DNA of 64,000 nucleotides from Oscillatoriales cyanobacterium (GCA_011390955.1 JAABRM010000001.1:46694-110693); one strand, 5' to 3'; numbered from the stretch's first letter, positions 26,706-37,446 are shown. Numbers and translations: made by a program. The notes: generated from the letters alone by a model not told the origin.

Positions 26706-28334
26706 ATGAATAACTCCCCAAACTACCCTTCAGGCCCAGTTCCCCTGGACTCTCCATTTTATATTCCCCGTCCCCCGGTTGAAGAACTCGTCTACGAAGA
26801 AATCGGCAAACCCGGTGCGCTGATTCGGATTAAAGGGGCGAAGGAAATGGGCAAATCTTCCTTAATGTTAAGAATTGTGGACTATGCCAAAAACCTAGGA
26901 TACCAGATTGTTGCCATAGATTTTCAACAATTTGATGCCGATTGTCTGAATAATTTAGATCGATTTCTCCGCAGCTTTTGCCTGCAAGTGACTAAACAGT
27001 TAAACCTCGAACCTAACCTTGATGAATATTGGGATGAGGATATCGGCAGTAAGATCAGTTGTAGCCTTTATTTTCGCTGGCATATCCTGGAAAATCTCAC
27101 TTCTCCCCTGGTCTTGGTACTTAATGAAGTCAACGAATTATTTGAATATCCCCAACTCACCCAAGATTTTTTGCCCTTACTGCGATCGTGGTATGAAGAA
27201 GCCAAACAAGTCCCAATTTGGCGATCGCTTAGATTAATCGTCGTCTATACCACCGAAGTTTATGTTCCCCTAAAAATTACCCAATCACCTTTTAACATTG
27301 GTTTACCTGTACAATTAGCGGATTTTACCGCCGAACAAGTAGAAGAGTTGGCAAAATTACATCAATTAGAGTGGAATGAGTCGCACACTGAAAAATTAAT
27401 GGCAATAGTAGGAGGTCATCCGATCTTAGTCCGATTAGCATTATATCACTTGGCCACTCACCCAAAAGAAACCCTGGAAAACCTGCTAAACTCCGCTGCC
27501 AGCGATACAGGCATTTACACAGACCATTTGCAGCGGCTTTCTCGTACTCTGGAAGAAGACCCCGAATTAAAAATAGTGTTCCAAAACTTGATTTTGGGGA
27601 ATAAGTCATTAGAGTTACCGCAAAATTTATCCTATAAATTAGAAAGTTTAGGATTAGTCAATTTGACAAACAAGCAAGTCAAAATCAGCCAGGAATTGTA
27701 TCAAAAATATTTTTGGCAAAAAATTCAAGCAGAAATCGACTTACCGGGAATAAAAGACGCCAAATTTCCGGCTAACATTATGACAAGTTTAGCAAAAGAA
27801 TATCAAAAACTAAAACAACTGGCCGAATTAGACGAACTCACACAATTAGCCAATCGAAGAAGCTTTGAAAAAAAACTCCAAGATTACTGGAACCAGTTGT
27901 CTGACACCCAAGAACCTTTATCCCTAATTATCGGTGAAATTGACTTTTTCAAGGTTTACAAAAGTTACTACGGAGAGAAACAAGCCAACCATTGCTTGCA
28001 GGAAGTAGCCCAGGCATTTATTCAGCCAAGTAAAAGTGAGCACACCCTGGTTGCGCGTTATGGGGATGCTCAATTTGCCGTAATTTTACCGAGAATCGAT
28101 AAATCCGCAGCAGTTGAAATTGCTAAAAATATCCAAGCCCAAGTGCAAGGGTTAAAAATTGAACTGAATATTCCTGATTATTCCGGTTTTCCTGATTCAG
28201 TCGTCACCGTCAGTTTAGGCTTAACCACGATGATGGTGACGGCAAATAGCGCTCTAGATGAGTTAATTTCCCGCACTGGACAAGCATTAAAATCTGCCCA
28301 AATCATTGGCGGAAATTATCTTAAATCTGTTTAA
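26706..28334 (+). CDS. 'AAA-like' (PF14516-type) N-terminal ATPase domain fused to a degenerate GGDEF domain
   Basis: N-terminus 'GALIRIKGAKEMGKSSLMLR' (P-loop-like) resembles the N-terminus of 28755-32321. C-terminal GGDEF fold 'LDELTQLANRRSFEK' but active site reads 'RYGDAQFAVILP' instead of GG(D/E)EF, so it is predicted catalytically inactive. Confidence 0.75.
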   Translation: MNNSPNYPSGPVPLDSPFYIPRPPVEELVYEEIGKPGALIRIKGAKEMGKSSLMLRIVDYAKNLGYQIVAIDFQQFDADCLNNLDRFLRSFCLQVTKQLNLEPNLDEYWDEDIGSKISCSLYFRWHILENLTSPLVLVLNEVNELFEYPQLTQDFLPLLRSWYEEAKQVPIWRSLRLIVVYTTEVYVPLKITQSPFNIGLPVQLADFTAEQVEELAKLHQLEWNESHTEKLMAIVGGHPILVRLALYHLATHPKETLENLLNSAASDTGIYTDHLQRLSRTLEEDPELKIVFQNLILGNKSLELPQNLSYKLESLGLVNLTNKQVKISQELYQKYFWQKIQAEIDLPGIKDAKFPANIMTSLAKEYQKLKQLAELDELTQLANRRSFEKKLQDYWNQLSDTQEPLSLIIGEIDFFKVYKSYYGEKQANHCLQEVAQAFIQPSKSEHTLVARYGDAQFAVILPRIDKSAAVEIAKNIQAQVQGLKIELNIPDYSGFPDSVVTVSLGLTTMMVTANSALDELISRTGQALKSAQIIGGNYLKSV

Positions 28335-28345
28335 TTGATTCAATC

Positions 28346-28380
28346 AAAACGCAACAATTGCGTTTCTATATTTTTCCATT
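28346..28380 (+). terminator. putative rho-independent terminator
   Basis: 'aacgcaacaattgcgtt' hairpin followed by 'tctatatttttcc', 12 nt after the stop at 28334. Confidence 0.45.
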
Positions 28381-28735
28381 CTATTCCCTGTTCCTGATTC
28401 CCTGTTCCTGATTCCCTATTCCCTATTCCCCGTTCCCTTTCCCTATTCCCTATTCCCCGTTCCCTATTCCCTATTCCCTATTCCCTATTCCCCGTTCCCC
28501 GTTCCCTTATGACTTACGCAATGACTCTATATATGGGGTATTGGTGCGTTACGCTTCGCTAACGCACCCTACAAATAGCATTTATGCGTAAGTCCTGTCC
28601 CTATTCCCCGTTCCCCGTTCCCCGTTCCCCGTTCCCTATTCCCTATTCCCTATTCCCTATTCCCTATTCCTTATTCCTTATTCCCTATTCCCTATTCCCT
28701 ATTCCCTATTCCCTATTCCCTATTCCCTATTCCAT
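28377..28735. repeat. STRR-like TTCCCTA/TTCCCCG heptamer array interrupted by an ~90-bp inverted-repeat-flanked insert
   Basis: Arrays 28377-28500 and 28597-28735. Insert 'gacttacgcaatgac...ggtgcgttacgcttcgctaacgcacc...atttatgcgtaagtc' has 10-11-bp terminal inverted repeats and an internal hairpin. Confidence 0.8.
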
Positions 28736-28754
28736 AGCCAAAACCAAATAAACT

Positions 28755-31700
28755 ATGAGTCAATACTCTTACCAAGTCGGGGGAAGTTTAGCTAGTGATG
28801 CCCCCACTTATGTGCAACGTTGCGCCGATCGCCAACTTTATCAAGGTTTAATTAATGGGGAATTTTGCTATGTGTTTAATTCCCGACAAATGGGTAAATC
28901 TTCTTTGCTGGTACAGACAAGAAAACGGTTAGAAGAACTGGGATATCTCTGCACTACCATTGACTTGACTAAAATTGGTAGTGAAAATATCACCCCTGTC
29001 CAGTGGTATAAAGGGATGATGACTGAGTTATGGCAAGGATTCAATTTAATTGGCAAAGTGCGCTTCAAAAATTGGTGGCAAGAAGTTGAAGATATGTCCT
29101 TGTCCCAAAAATTAAGTCAATTTATTGAGTCAGTAATTTTCCCGAATGTTGCGGCAGAAAAAATTTTTATTTTTGTCGATGAAATTGACACAATTCTGGG
29201 GTTAGATTTTTCCGTTGATGATTTTTTTGCCCTGATTCGGTTTTGCTATAATCAACGGGCGGTTAATTCGGAATATCAGCGGCTCAGTTTTGCTTTATTT
29301 GGCGTTGCTACCCCTAGCGATCTAATTAAAGATAAAAGCCGAACACCTTTTAATATTGGCACTGCCATAGATTTAGGTGGATTTGAACCGGAACAAGTTC
29401 AGCCACTCTTGAGAGGATTAGAGGAAAATGTCAGTCATCCCGAAATTGTTTTAAAAGAAATCTTAGCCTGGACTAATGGCCAACCATTTCTGACGCAAAA
29501 ATTGTGTCATTTAGTGATTCGGGAATTTAAAGTTATGAAAAATGATGTAAAAATTCCCCCAGGCATGGAAGCTTTTTGGGTAGAAAGTTTAGTCAAAAGT
29601 AAAGTAATTAACCATTGGGATGCTCAAGATGAACCGGAACATTTAAGAACTATTCGCGATCGCCTCTTACGCAACCAAAAACGAGCCGGTAGATTATTGG
29701 GAATTTATCAGCAGGTATTACAATATGATGCCCTCAACCATGATGCCCTCAACCCACCCTTAGCCAAAAAAGATGCTGAGGGAATTTCCTGTGATGATAG
29801 CTTAGAACAAATTGAATTAATTTTATCAGGATTAGTCGTCAAAAAACAGGGATATTTGCAAATAAAAAACCGCATTTATGGCGAAGTATTTAACTTAGAA
29901 TGGGTAGAAAAACAACTCTCCGGTCTGCGACCTTATTCCCAAACCTTTGATGCTTGGGTCGCTGCCGGACAAACGGATCGATCTCGACTTTTACGCGGTC
30001 AAGCCCTCAAAGATGCTCAACTTTGGGTCCAAGGCAAAAGTTTAAGCGATTTAGATTATCAATTTTTTGCCAAAAGTGAAGAATTGGATCGCCAAGAAAT
30101 GCAAATAGCCTTAGAAGCAGCCAGAACCCAAGAAGTAGAAGCCCGACTTGCTGAAGAACAAAAAAGGCTCAAACAAGAACAAAAAACCGCAAAATTGCAA
30201 CGGTTATTCTTAGGGGTTGTTACATTTGCTTTCGCCATATCTTCGGGAATTGGCTTATTTGCTTTCTGGCAATATCGACAGGCAAGAATCAGTGAAATTA
30301 TGGCTTTGGCTTCATCTTCTAAGGGCTTGTTTGCCTCCAATAAGCACTTAGAAGCGATGATCGCGGCAATTAAAGCCCAACGGGGCATCGACTCTCTGGG
30401 TAAAGTCGATCCCAAAATCGCCACTCAAGTGGAAACTGCCTTAACCCAAGCGATTTATGGCACGAACGAATATAATCAGCTTGTGGATCATCAAGGCAGT
30501 GTTTTGAGCGTGGATATTAGCTTAAATGGCCAGTTAATTGCTACGGCTAGTAACGATAAAACCGTGAAAATTTGGCAGCAAAATGGCAAATTATGGAAAA
30601 CCCTGCCACATTCAGCCACGGTGCATCGAGTTGCCTTTAGTCCAGACAACAAATCCCTCGTTTCTGGGAGTTTAGATGGGACGGTTAAGCTGTGGAATGT
30701 GGAAGGGAAACTGTTACAAGATATTCAGGGACATAATGCCCCAGTTTGGGGAGTTGCTTTTAGCCCCAATGGGCAAATGTTTGCTTCGGCAAGTGGCGAT
30801 CGCACCGTAAAAATTTGGCGCACCGACGGCACATTGTTAACCACTTTAACCGGACATCAACAAGCAGTTTGGAATGTTGCTTTCGACCCTGAAAGTCAAA
30901 TTGTCGCTTCTGCTGGAGTCGATCGCACCGTCAAACTTTGGCAGATTGACGGTAAGTTACTCAAAAACCTAGAAGGACATCAGGGAGCAGTTTGGGATGT
31001 CGCGTTTTGCCAGAAAACTAACTTACTCGTATCGGTTAGTTCCGACAAAACCGCAAAACTGTGGCAAAAAGATGGCACTTTGGTCAGAACTCTTCCGGGG
31101 GAAGATGTCATCATCGGCGTTGATTGTAGCGAGAACGGCGAATACATTGCCACCAGTGGCAAAGATAATGTGGTCGCACTGTGGAAACCCGATGGCACTT
31201 TTGCCAGAAACTTAAGAAAACATGACGCGGTGATTCGGGATGTGGCCTTAAGAACTGATGGCTTGATGGCCGCTTCTGCCAGTGATGATGGCACGGTGAA
31301 ACTATGGCAACGGAATATCTATTTATTAATTCCGCTTTATGGCCATGAGGATACGATTTGGGATTTGACCGCGAGTCCCGATGGGAAATTCATCGCCTCT
31401 GTGGGAGATAATAGTCTCCGACTCTGGGAAGCCAATGGCAAGTTGTGGCAGCAAATCGAGAGTTCAGACCAAGGAATTCGGGCTGTGGCTTTTAGTCCAG
31501 ATTCACAGATCGTCGCCATGAGCAAGAATGCTCAAATCGAGCTTTGGGATGTCAAAAATACTCAGAAATCCCCTACAGAACCGAGAAGAGTATTGACGGG
31601 ACATCAGGCTGCCGTATATGCGATCGCCGTCAGTCCCGACGGTCAAACCATCGCCTCTGGTGGTGACGACAAAACCATTAAACTTTGGCATCTGGACGGA

Positions 31701-32321
31701 AAACTACGCCAAAGTATTGTCGCCCATGATGAAAGAATTTGGAAAATAGCCTTTACCCCAGACGGTCAAGCGATCGCCTCTGCCAGTGAAGATGGCACCG
31801 TGAAATTATGGCAAACCGATGGCACACTTTTGGCCACATTGAATCATCAAGGGGGTGCGGTTTGGGGCGTCGCCATCAGTCCCCAAGGGGATTTGATTGC
31901 CTCTAGCAGTCGGGATGACACCGTAAAACTCTGGAAATTAGATGGCACCCTAATGAAAACCATTCCCGGGCAGAGTAAAGGCATCACCAGAGTCGCCTGG
32001 AGTCCCGATGGTCAAACCATTGCCACTGGAGGTGTGGACAATACGGTGAAACTGTGGAACCGGCAAGGAGAATTACTCGCAACTTTGCCCGGACATACCG
32101 GCATGGTGGTCAGCGTTGCCTTTACCCCCGATCGTGAATTTGTGGTTTCTGGGAGCGACGATCGCAGCGTGATTATTTGGGATTTAGCAAAAATTCATAC
32201 CCTGAAAAAACTGACTTATGCCTGCGACTGGGTACGGGATTATTTGCAGAACAATCCTCTGGTGGAAGCAAAAGACCGAAACCTTTGTGATGGGGTGAAA
32301 AGCGATGGGGTGAAAAAATAG
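28755..32321 (+). CDS. 'AAA-like' (PF14516-type) N-terminal ATPase domain - coiled coil - TM segment - ~14 WD40 repeats
   Basis: N-terminus '[28 protein letters not shown]'. Coiled-coil '[24 protein letters not shown]'. TM '[22 protein letters not shown]'. Long array of 'SPDGQxIASxSxDxTVKLW' units. Confidence 0.85.
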   Translation: MSQYSYQVGGSLASDAPTYVQRCADRQLYQGLINGEFCYVFNSRQMGKSSLLVQTRKRLEELGYLCTTIDLTKIGSENITPVQWYKGMMTELWQGFNLIGKVRFKNWWQEVEDMSLSQKLSQFIESVIFPNVAAEKIFIFVDEIDTILGLDFSVDDFFALIRFCYNQRAVNSEYQRLSFALFGVATPSDLIKDKSRTPFNIGTAIDLGGFEPEQVQPLLRGLEENVSHPEIVLKEILAWTNGQPFLTQKLCHLVIREFKVMKNDVKIPPGMEAFWVESLVKSKVINHWDAQDEPEHLRTIRDRLLRNQKRAGRLLGIYQQVLQYDALNHDALNPPLAKKDAEGISCDDSLEQIELILSGLVVKKQGYLQIKNRIYGEVFNLEWVEKQLSGLRPYSQTFDAWVAAGQTDRSRLLRGQALKDAQLWVQGKSLSDLDYQFFAKSEELDRQEMQIALEAARTQEVEARLAEEQKRLKQEQKTAKLQRLFLGVVTFAFAISSGIGLFAFWQYRQARISEIMALASSSKGLFASNKHLEAMIAAIKAQRGIDSLGKVDPKIATQVETALTQAIYGTNEYNQLVDHQGSVLSVDISLNGQLIATASNDKTVKIWQQNGKLWKTLPHSATVHRVAFSPDNKSLVSGSLDGTVKLWNVEGKLLQDIQGHNAPVWGVAFSPNGQMFASASGDRTVKIWRTDGTLLTTLTGHQQAVWNVAFDPESQIVASAGVDRTVKLWQIDGKLLKNLEGHQGAVWDVAFCQKTNLLVSVSSDKTAKLWQKDGTLVRTLPGEDVIIGVDCSENGEYIATSGKDNVVALWKPDGTFARNLRKHDAVIRDVALRTDGLMAASASDDGTVKLWQRNIYLLIPLYGHEDTIWDLTASPDGKFIASVGDNSLRLWEANGKLWQQIESSDQGIRAVAFSPDSQIVAMSKNAQIELWDVKNTQKSPTEPRRVLTGHQAAVYAIAVSPDGQTIASGGDDKTIKLWHLDGKLRQSIVAHDERIWKIAFTPDGQAIASASEDGTVKLWQTDGTLLATLNHQGGAVWGVAISPQGDLIASSSRDDTVKLWKLDGTLMKTIPGQSKGITRVAWSPDGQTIATGGVDNTVKLWNRQGELLATLPGHTGMVVSVAFTPDREFVVSGSDDRSVIIWDLAKIHTLKKLTYACDWVRDYLQNNPLVEAKDRNLCDGVKSDGVKK

Positions 32322-32439
32322 AGCAACGTCCTACAGAGTCAAGAAACCGGGTTTCTTGACTCTGGTAAATGTTAGATCAAATTTTAGGCAGAAACCCGGT
32401 TTCTCTGTCCCAGGAAAAACCTGGAAAAATGTAGCCTAT

Positions 32440-32575
32440 TTTACTGTTTATAGCGGTTTTTATTGGATGAAGTACAGAGGTTTTCTGGATTCTTTTTCTG
32501 GATTCCCGCCTGCGCGGGAATGACAGGTTTTTTTGTCCTTCATCACTCCGAAAAGTGCTATAAAAACCCATCGTT
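32440..32575. repeat. MITE-like repeat fragment (inverted orientation of left module)
   Basis: 'ggatgaagtacagaggttttctggattc...ggattcccgcctgcgcgggaatgacaggttttttt'. Flanked by a 'gaaaccgggtttct' palindrome at 32345-32405. Confidence 0.55.
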
Positions 32576-32788
32576 TTTTTGATGGTTAAGATAGGGATTT
32601 CAAATAGAAAGCCAAACTTCAGACTGAAGTTTGGCTTTCTGAGTATATATATTTTGATGGCTAGGGTCTTTATCTGGGCTGACCCCATTTCAACTAAATA
32701 TATGTTGGCATAACTTTGGCCAAATTGCCAATACCTTAATAATTTCTTTATAATCTCGCCAAAGTAGCATGGTAAAAGGTTATAGCCG

Positions 32789-33307
32789 CTACTTATGGGT
32801 GAGTGTCGCCCCCAAAACTTGGGAAAACCAAACTTCAAAAGAGCGTAAGCGAGCCATGCTCAAACCGCGATCCGGATCGACTAAAGGTTCTACCAAAATC
32901 GTAAACATTCCTAACCGATTGCCTGCGAGAACATCGGTAAAAAGGCGATCGCCTACCATCGCTAATTGTTCCACGGGCAACTGCATTTGCTCCACCGCTT
33001 GTCTTAACTTCCGACGGGATGGTTTAGCTGCCCCAGCAATATAAGGCAAATTCAGGGCATCCCCGATGCGGGCAATCCGGGCTGAAATCACATTATTACT
33101 AACCAACCATAAACTAGCCACTTGGCGAATTTCATTCACCCATTGTTGTAACTCATCGGAGATATGATCTTGACTAATGGGTACGAGGGTTTCATCAACA
33201 TCTAAAACCAATCCTTTGAGATGATGTTGCTGAATTAATTCTGGAGTTATCGTCAAAACTGAACTGCCTAAAACGAGATCCGGTTCTAAAAGTTTGCCCC
33301 AAGACAT
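32789..33307 (-). CDS. HAD-IIIA family phosphatase (YqeG-like)
   Basis: DxDxT motif 'LVLDVDETLV'. 'MVGDRLFTDVLAGNRLG' motif III/IV region. Confidence 0.75.
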   Translation of the reverse strand: MSWGKLLEPDLVLGSSVLTITPELIQQHHLKGLVLDVDETLVPISQDHISDELQQWVNEIRQVASLWLVSNNVISARIARIGDALNLPYIAGAAKPSRRKLRQAVEQMQLPVEQLAMVGDRLFTDVLAGNRLGMFTILVEPLVDPDRGLSMARLRSFEVWFSQVLGATLTHK

Positions 33308-33398
33308 GGCATTTTACTCTAAAATATTAAGAATTAATAAAGTGTGAAGTTTGGTGATTGCAAATCTAACTTCACACTCAATGGTTTGCCAAAAATAA

Positions 33399-34511
33399 CT
33401 ATTGTCGCGCCGCATCTCGGCGATCGTGAATTTCGTCTTGCGCTCTTTGATGTTCTTCAAAGGTACGACTAAATACATGAGTGCCATCATAGCGAGCCAC
33501 AAAATACAAATATTCAGTTTTTTGCGGATTTAAACTCGCTTCTAAACTCGCCAATCCGGGGGAGCCAATGGGAGTTGGAGGTAAGCCCAAATTGAGATAA
33601 GTATTATAAGGAGAAGGCGTCTCAACTTGTTTCCAAGTTAAAGGGCGATCGGGAGTTTGTGTCACCCCTAATCCATATTCAACGGTTGGGTCAGCACCCA
33701 GACGCATTCCTTCTGCCAACCGTCTAGCAAATACCCCAGCAATCAACGGACGTTCTTCACCAATCACCGCTTCTCTTTCCACAATACTGGCCAGAGTCAC
33801 CCAATCTTTTAAACTGTAATTAGTTTGGGCTTTTCCGGCTTCATAAACTGGCAGGGCTAATCGTTCAAACTGCCCCAGCATTTGGCGGACAACTGCTTGT
33901 GGGCTGATTCGATCGCTATTCAGATGATAAGTATCTGGAAATAAAAATCCTTCTAAGTGAGGGATATCTTTGGGTAGCCAGGGAAAGTCATTCCTAGGAA
34001 TTTCTGACGCGGCAGCCATGAATTCTTCAGCGCTGAAAAACCCGATGGACTCAAAATGATCCGCCATCTTTTTGAGTGTCCAACCTTCCCGGATCGTATA
34101 GCCATCTTGCACCACAGATCCTTGCCAAATTTTGGTCGCGATCGCATCCAAATTTTCCGTTTGGTAAAACTCATAAGCCCCGGCTTGGAATCCGCCATTG
34201 GGTTCGCGGAAAGTTTGCCAGCGAGTCCATACTTTCCATGCGGTTTCCGACCGAATCAAACCGTTTTGGGCTAAAGTTTGGCCGATTTGCTGTCCCGGAG
34301 TTCCTGGCGCAATTTCTAAATAGATCGGTTCGGGTTTTGACTCTTCATCTGCGTCTTGTGTAAACACTGACATAGTTGGGGCACTAGCGTTCGTCCACCA
34401 TGCCCAAGCTTGCAATCCCGCCACGCCGATAAATCCGGTAGAAACCAGGAAAAAAAATAACACCTTTGTGATGATATTAGTGGTTTTTATTTTGGGTTTG
34501 CTTTTCAGCAC
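33399..34511 (-). CDS. mltG: endolytic murein transglycosylase MltG (YceG family)
   Basis: N-terminal TM, 'YTIREGWTLKKMADHFE', and C-terminal 'YLYFVARYDGTHVFSRTFEEH' typical of the YceG/MltG fold. Confidence 0.8.
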   Translation of the reverse strand: MLKSKPKIKTTNIITKVLFFFLVSTGFIGVAGLQAWAWWTNASAPTMSVFTQDADEESKPEPIYLEIAPGTPGQQIGQTLAQNGLIRSETAWKVWTRWQTFREPNGGFQAGAYEFYQTENLDAIATKIWQGSVVQDGYTIREGWTLKKMADHFESIGFFSAEEFMAAASEIPRNDFPWLPKDIPHLEGFLFPDTYHLNSDRISPQAVVRQMLGQFERLALPVYEAGKAQTNYSLKDWVTLASIVEREAVIGEERPLIAGVFARRLAEGMRLGADPTVEYGLGVTQTPDRPLTWKQVETPSPYNTYLNLGLPPTPIGSPGLASLEASLNPQKTEYLYFVARYDGTHVFSRTFEEHQRAQDEIHDRRDAARQ

Positions 34512-34572
34512 TGTTTCTCCCCCTAATTACTTGTCATCAACTGAATATTTCTGACCCCGATTCCGCTCGAAC

Positions 34573-35169
34573 TTAATTCATTTCACTGAATAAGTGTTCT
34601 TCGATCATGCCTTCCAAACTCGGTAACATCGGTTCCAGTTTTTCTAACTCTTCATCAGAGAGTAATTGCGGTTCGCCATTTTCATCCAATCGAGCCAAAA
34701 TAAAAAATGGATCGAGTGGGGTATAAATGGCATACTCCTGCTCTTCATTATAAAAACTTGCTAACAGTTGTAATTCCTCATACCCTTCTTCTTCTTCATC
34801 TTCCTCAGACTCCAGTTCATCCTCTAATTCCGGGAGTTCGCCACTCACGGTGAGGGTGACAGCGGTCTGTTTCAGGGTGAGATTTTGTTCTTCTAGCACC
34901 GCTTTGGCGGTTTCAAAAATTTCATCAATCTCATCAGGGTCTTCGATCGCAATTGGTTCTTCGTCTTCGTCGTCTTCTGCCCAAGAAAAAATTTCTACCG
35001 GGGCATCGACCGGCAAAAGTAACACATAATTTTCATCGTTTAATTCAAACGAATGCTCAATATAACAAACGAGCGATCGCCCGAATTCATCAGTTACAGT
35101 CACAGATTTCGCGGGAAAAATGCCATTTTCTTGGGGGAATTCTGATTGGGTCATAACCTTATAGAACAA
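34573..35169 (-). CDS. DUF1292-like acidic protein
   Basis: 'DENYVLLLPVDAPVEIFSWAEDDEDEEPIAIEDPDEIDEIFETAKAVLEEQN' resembles the DUF1292 family (YrzB-like). It sits between ruvX and mltG, as in Firmicutes. Confidence 0.55.
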   Translation of the reverse strand: MFYKVMTQSEFPQENGIFPAKSVTVTDEFGRSLVCYIEHSFELNDENYVLLLPVDAPVEIFSWAEDDEDEEPIAIEDPDEIDEIFETAKAVLEEQNLTLKQTAVTLTVSGELPELEDELESEEDEEEEGYEELQLLASFYNEEQEYAIYTPLDPFFILARLDENGEPQLLSDEELEKLEPMLPSLEGMIEEHLFSEMN

Positions 35170-35357
35170 TTGAATATATTAGCAATTAGTGCTGATTACT
35201 CGCACTGATTAATCTGTCACTCTTTAGACCATAGTCTGGCGATGAATAACCCATGCTAAAATATCTTGGGTCATATAGTGGCCTAATCTAAAGACACATC
35301 CAGAATATCACGGCCTTGGAAAATCTGGCCTAGTGTGAAAAATTAATTATTTACCAT

Positions 35358-35440
35358 TATTTGTTATTTGTTGTTGGTTGTTGGTTATTTGTTATTTCTT
35401 ATTTCTTATTTGTTGGTTGGTTGTTGTTGGTTGGTGGTTG
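35358..35440. repeat. STRR-like TTGTTGG/TTATTTG array (single arm)
   Basis: 'ttgttatttgttgttggttgttggttatttgttatttcttatttcttatttgttggttggttgttgttgg'. It overlaps the 3' tail of the ruvX ORF. Confidence 0.75.
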
Positions 35441-35911
35441 AGGCAATGGGGTTCCTTTTTCCTCCCCCTGGCTGAGGGCTGATGGCTTTTGCCGTCGGTC
35501 ATCTAACCATTGCTGCAAAATCAGGGCGGCGGCTTTGCGATCGATCAGCCCCTTGTTTCGGGAAGGGGAAATATTTTCCGCCTTGAGCATTTCTTCCGCC
35601 TGAAAAGAAGTTAAGCGCTCGTCCACATACTCCACAGGTAACTGTAAAGCCGTAGAGAGCGCTTGAGCAAATTTGAGGGTCTGTCGAGCTTGCGGCCCAA
35701 CGGTGCCATCCATCGAATAAGGTAAACCGACGACGAGCACTTGAACCTCGCGATCGCGGATAATTGCTTCTAGGTTGGCGACCACCTGGGCAAAAGATTT
35801 GCGGTAGATCGTCTCCAACCCTGTAGCAATCAAACCCGTGCCATCACAACCAGCGACACCAATTCGCTTTCTACCGAGATCCAAACCTAAAGCAGAGATT
35901 TTTCTTGTCAC
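35399..35911 (-). CDS. ruvX: Holliday-junction resolvase-like RuvX/YqgF
   Basis: 'ISALGLDLGRKRIGVAGCDGTGLIATGLETI' matches the YqgF N-terminal motif. Start proposed at GTG 35911 (the caller's ATG 35992 adds 27 non-conserved residues). The C-terminal 'QPPTNNNQPTNKK' tail is translated from the STRR array, so the true stop is uncertain. Confidence 0.7.
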   Translation of the reverse strand: MTRKISALGLDLGRKRIGVAGCDGTGLIATGLETIYRKSFAQVVANLEAIIRDREVQVLVVGLPYSMDGTVGPQARQTLKFAQALSTALQLPVEYVDERLTSFQAEEMLKAENISPSRNKGLIDRKAAALILQQWLDDRRQKPSALSQGEEKGTPLPQPPTNNNQPTNKK

Positions 35912-36025
35912 CGTTGACCGTTGAAACCTTGAAAATGAACAATAAATATGCAACCCACGGTGTTCCCTGGTAAACCCCATAAACCTAGTCATCCCCAGGG
36001 AATTGACTGTGAAAGAACCGGAAAA

Positions 36026-37246
36026 TTAACCTTCGTCACCGGAAGAACATGGACGAGAATCTTCCATATTCGGTCGGGAATGCTCTGGGGGACGACAGGG
36101 GGCAGCGGGTTCTATTTTGGGCTCCCACCAAGTAATCCGACTGGGAATTGGTTTGCGGACTGGGGCTAGACCGGGCAGCATATCCGTCAGTTGCAAAGCA
36201 TCCAAAGAAACCCGTTTAGATTCTCGGAGTTTATGCCAGACCGAACGGGACATCAACATCGTATGTTCAATGCGTTCTGCCCGGATTTGTTCTAAATACT
36301 CTTCCCGTTCCGGTTGATAATCTGCGGAAGCCAGTTGGAGTGACTGCGGGGGCAAATCTTTGGCAATGCGGGCCATTTGGGAGAGAATTTCTGGATACAG
36401 CCAAGTATAAGCGGGATGAACGGTTAATTGAGCTTTGTGGGCAAAAGAGCCATCTTTACATAAGCGGAGTTGGAAATGACCGATCGCGGCTTTCCGCTGA
36501 GGTTCAAACACATAACCACTCACAACTTCGGTGCGATCGAGCCATTGGCGGATTCCTTGCAGGATTGCTTGGAAAAAACTGGTTTGAAAATCACTTTTAT
36601 GGCGTTCAAACACTTGACGCACCAAAGGGGGCATCGCCGCGATATCCAGTTGACAGAGTAAGTGAGCATCCGCATTGCTCACCGGCAACAAGTTCGGTAA
36701 GTCCGGTTCCCGTTGGGTTAACTGGGACAACAACTCAGGGGCGATCGCCCAATAAGTCATCTGGGCTAAAGGTTGAAACCCATTATGCCGATACAAGGCC
36801 AAAGCATCCTTATCATTCACATTAACTTCCAACAGCCACATCCGGGCTTCCCAAATCGCTTCTAAGCAATGGCGCAACAACATCGAACCAATCAATAAAT
36901 GGTCGGCGCCCGGATCCACCACCACCCGCTCTACCCGCCAAGTGCTGCGGGTACTATTAAACGGCGCAATCTGAATTAACCCCAAAATTTGATTATCTCG
37001 TTCAGCCACCCGCGCACATAATAGGTGCTGCAAAGGATTGGGGAAGAAACTGAATAACCTAAGTAACCCATACCAAGCCCGAATCGGTTGGAATTGCCGG
37101 TGAATATCCAGAGAACATTTTTCAATCGAGCAACTAGGAGTTTCTAGCTCAATGCCGATGTTGAGCAAATGTTCTACCGCTTCGAGATCCCTTTGTTGTA
37201 AAGGGCGAATGGTGACATTTCGATTTCGGTGAAGACTGACACTCAT
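36026..37246 (-). CDS. tandem GNAT-family N-acetyltransferase-like protein
   Basis: Two regions with GNAT-like layout: 'ILGLIQIAPFNSTRSTWRVERVVVDPGADHLLIGSMLLRHCLE' and 'AIGHFQLRLCKDGSFAHKAQLTVHPAYTWLYPEILSQMARIA'. Confidence 0.5.
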   Translation of the reverse strand: MSVSLHRNRNVTIRPLQQRDLEAVEHLLNIGIELETPSCSIEKCSLDIHRQFQPIRAWYGLLRLFSFFPNPLQHLLCARVAERDNQILGLIQIAPFNSTRSTWRVERVVVDPGADHLLIGSMLLRHCLEAIWEARMWLLEVNVNDKDALALYRHNGFQPLAQMTYWAIAPELLSQLTQREPDLPNLLPVSNADAHLLCQLDIAAMPPLVRQVFERHKSDFQTSFFQAILQGIRQWLDRTEVVSGYVFEPQRKAAIGHFQLRLCKDGSFAHKAQLTVHPAYTWLYPEILSQMARIAKDLPPQSLQLASADYQPEREEYLEQIRAERIEHTMLMSRSVWHKLRESKRVSLDALQLTDMLPGLAPVRKPIPSRITWWEPKIEPAAPCRPPEHSRPNMEDSRPCSSGDEG

Positions 37247-37446
37247 ATTGATTAAATGATAAAGGTAAGATTTTAGGGGGCGATCGCCGCCGCACGGAAT
37301 CCTATTCGGAGACAGGATGAGTGCGGCTGGCTGATTTTCCCTCCGAGAAAATTTTTGCTTCCCTTACAGGGTTTGGGGTTAGACCATGCCTAACCCCGAT
37401 CGGCTTGGTTCAAGACGTGATACGGAAAGCGAAATCCTTAGACTAA

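Noticed and set aside
32377-32838. ORF 32377-32838 (-) 153 aa
   Set aside because: It spans a MITE-like module and the AGAAACCGGGTTTCT palindromes and overlaps the 3' end of the YqeG-like gene; there is no motif.
35912-35992. N-terminal 27-aa extension of ruvX from ATG 35992
   Set aside because: The YqgF family begins at the '(M)xxxLGLDLG' motif and the extension is non-conserved; the GTG at 35911 gives the canonical N-terminus. The call is uncertain, which is why confidence was lowered rather than the feature dropped.
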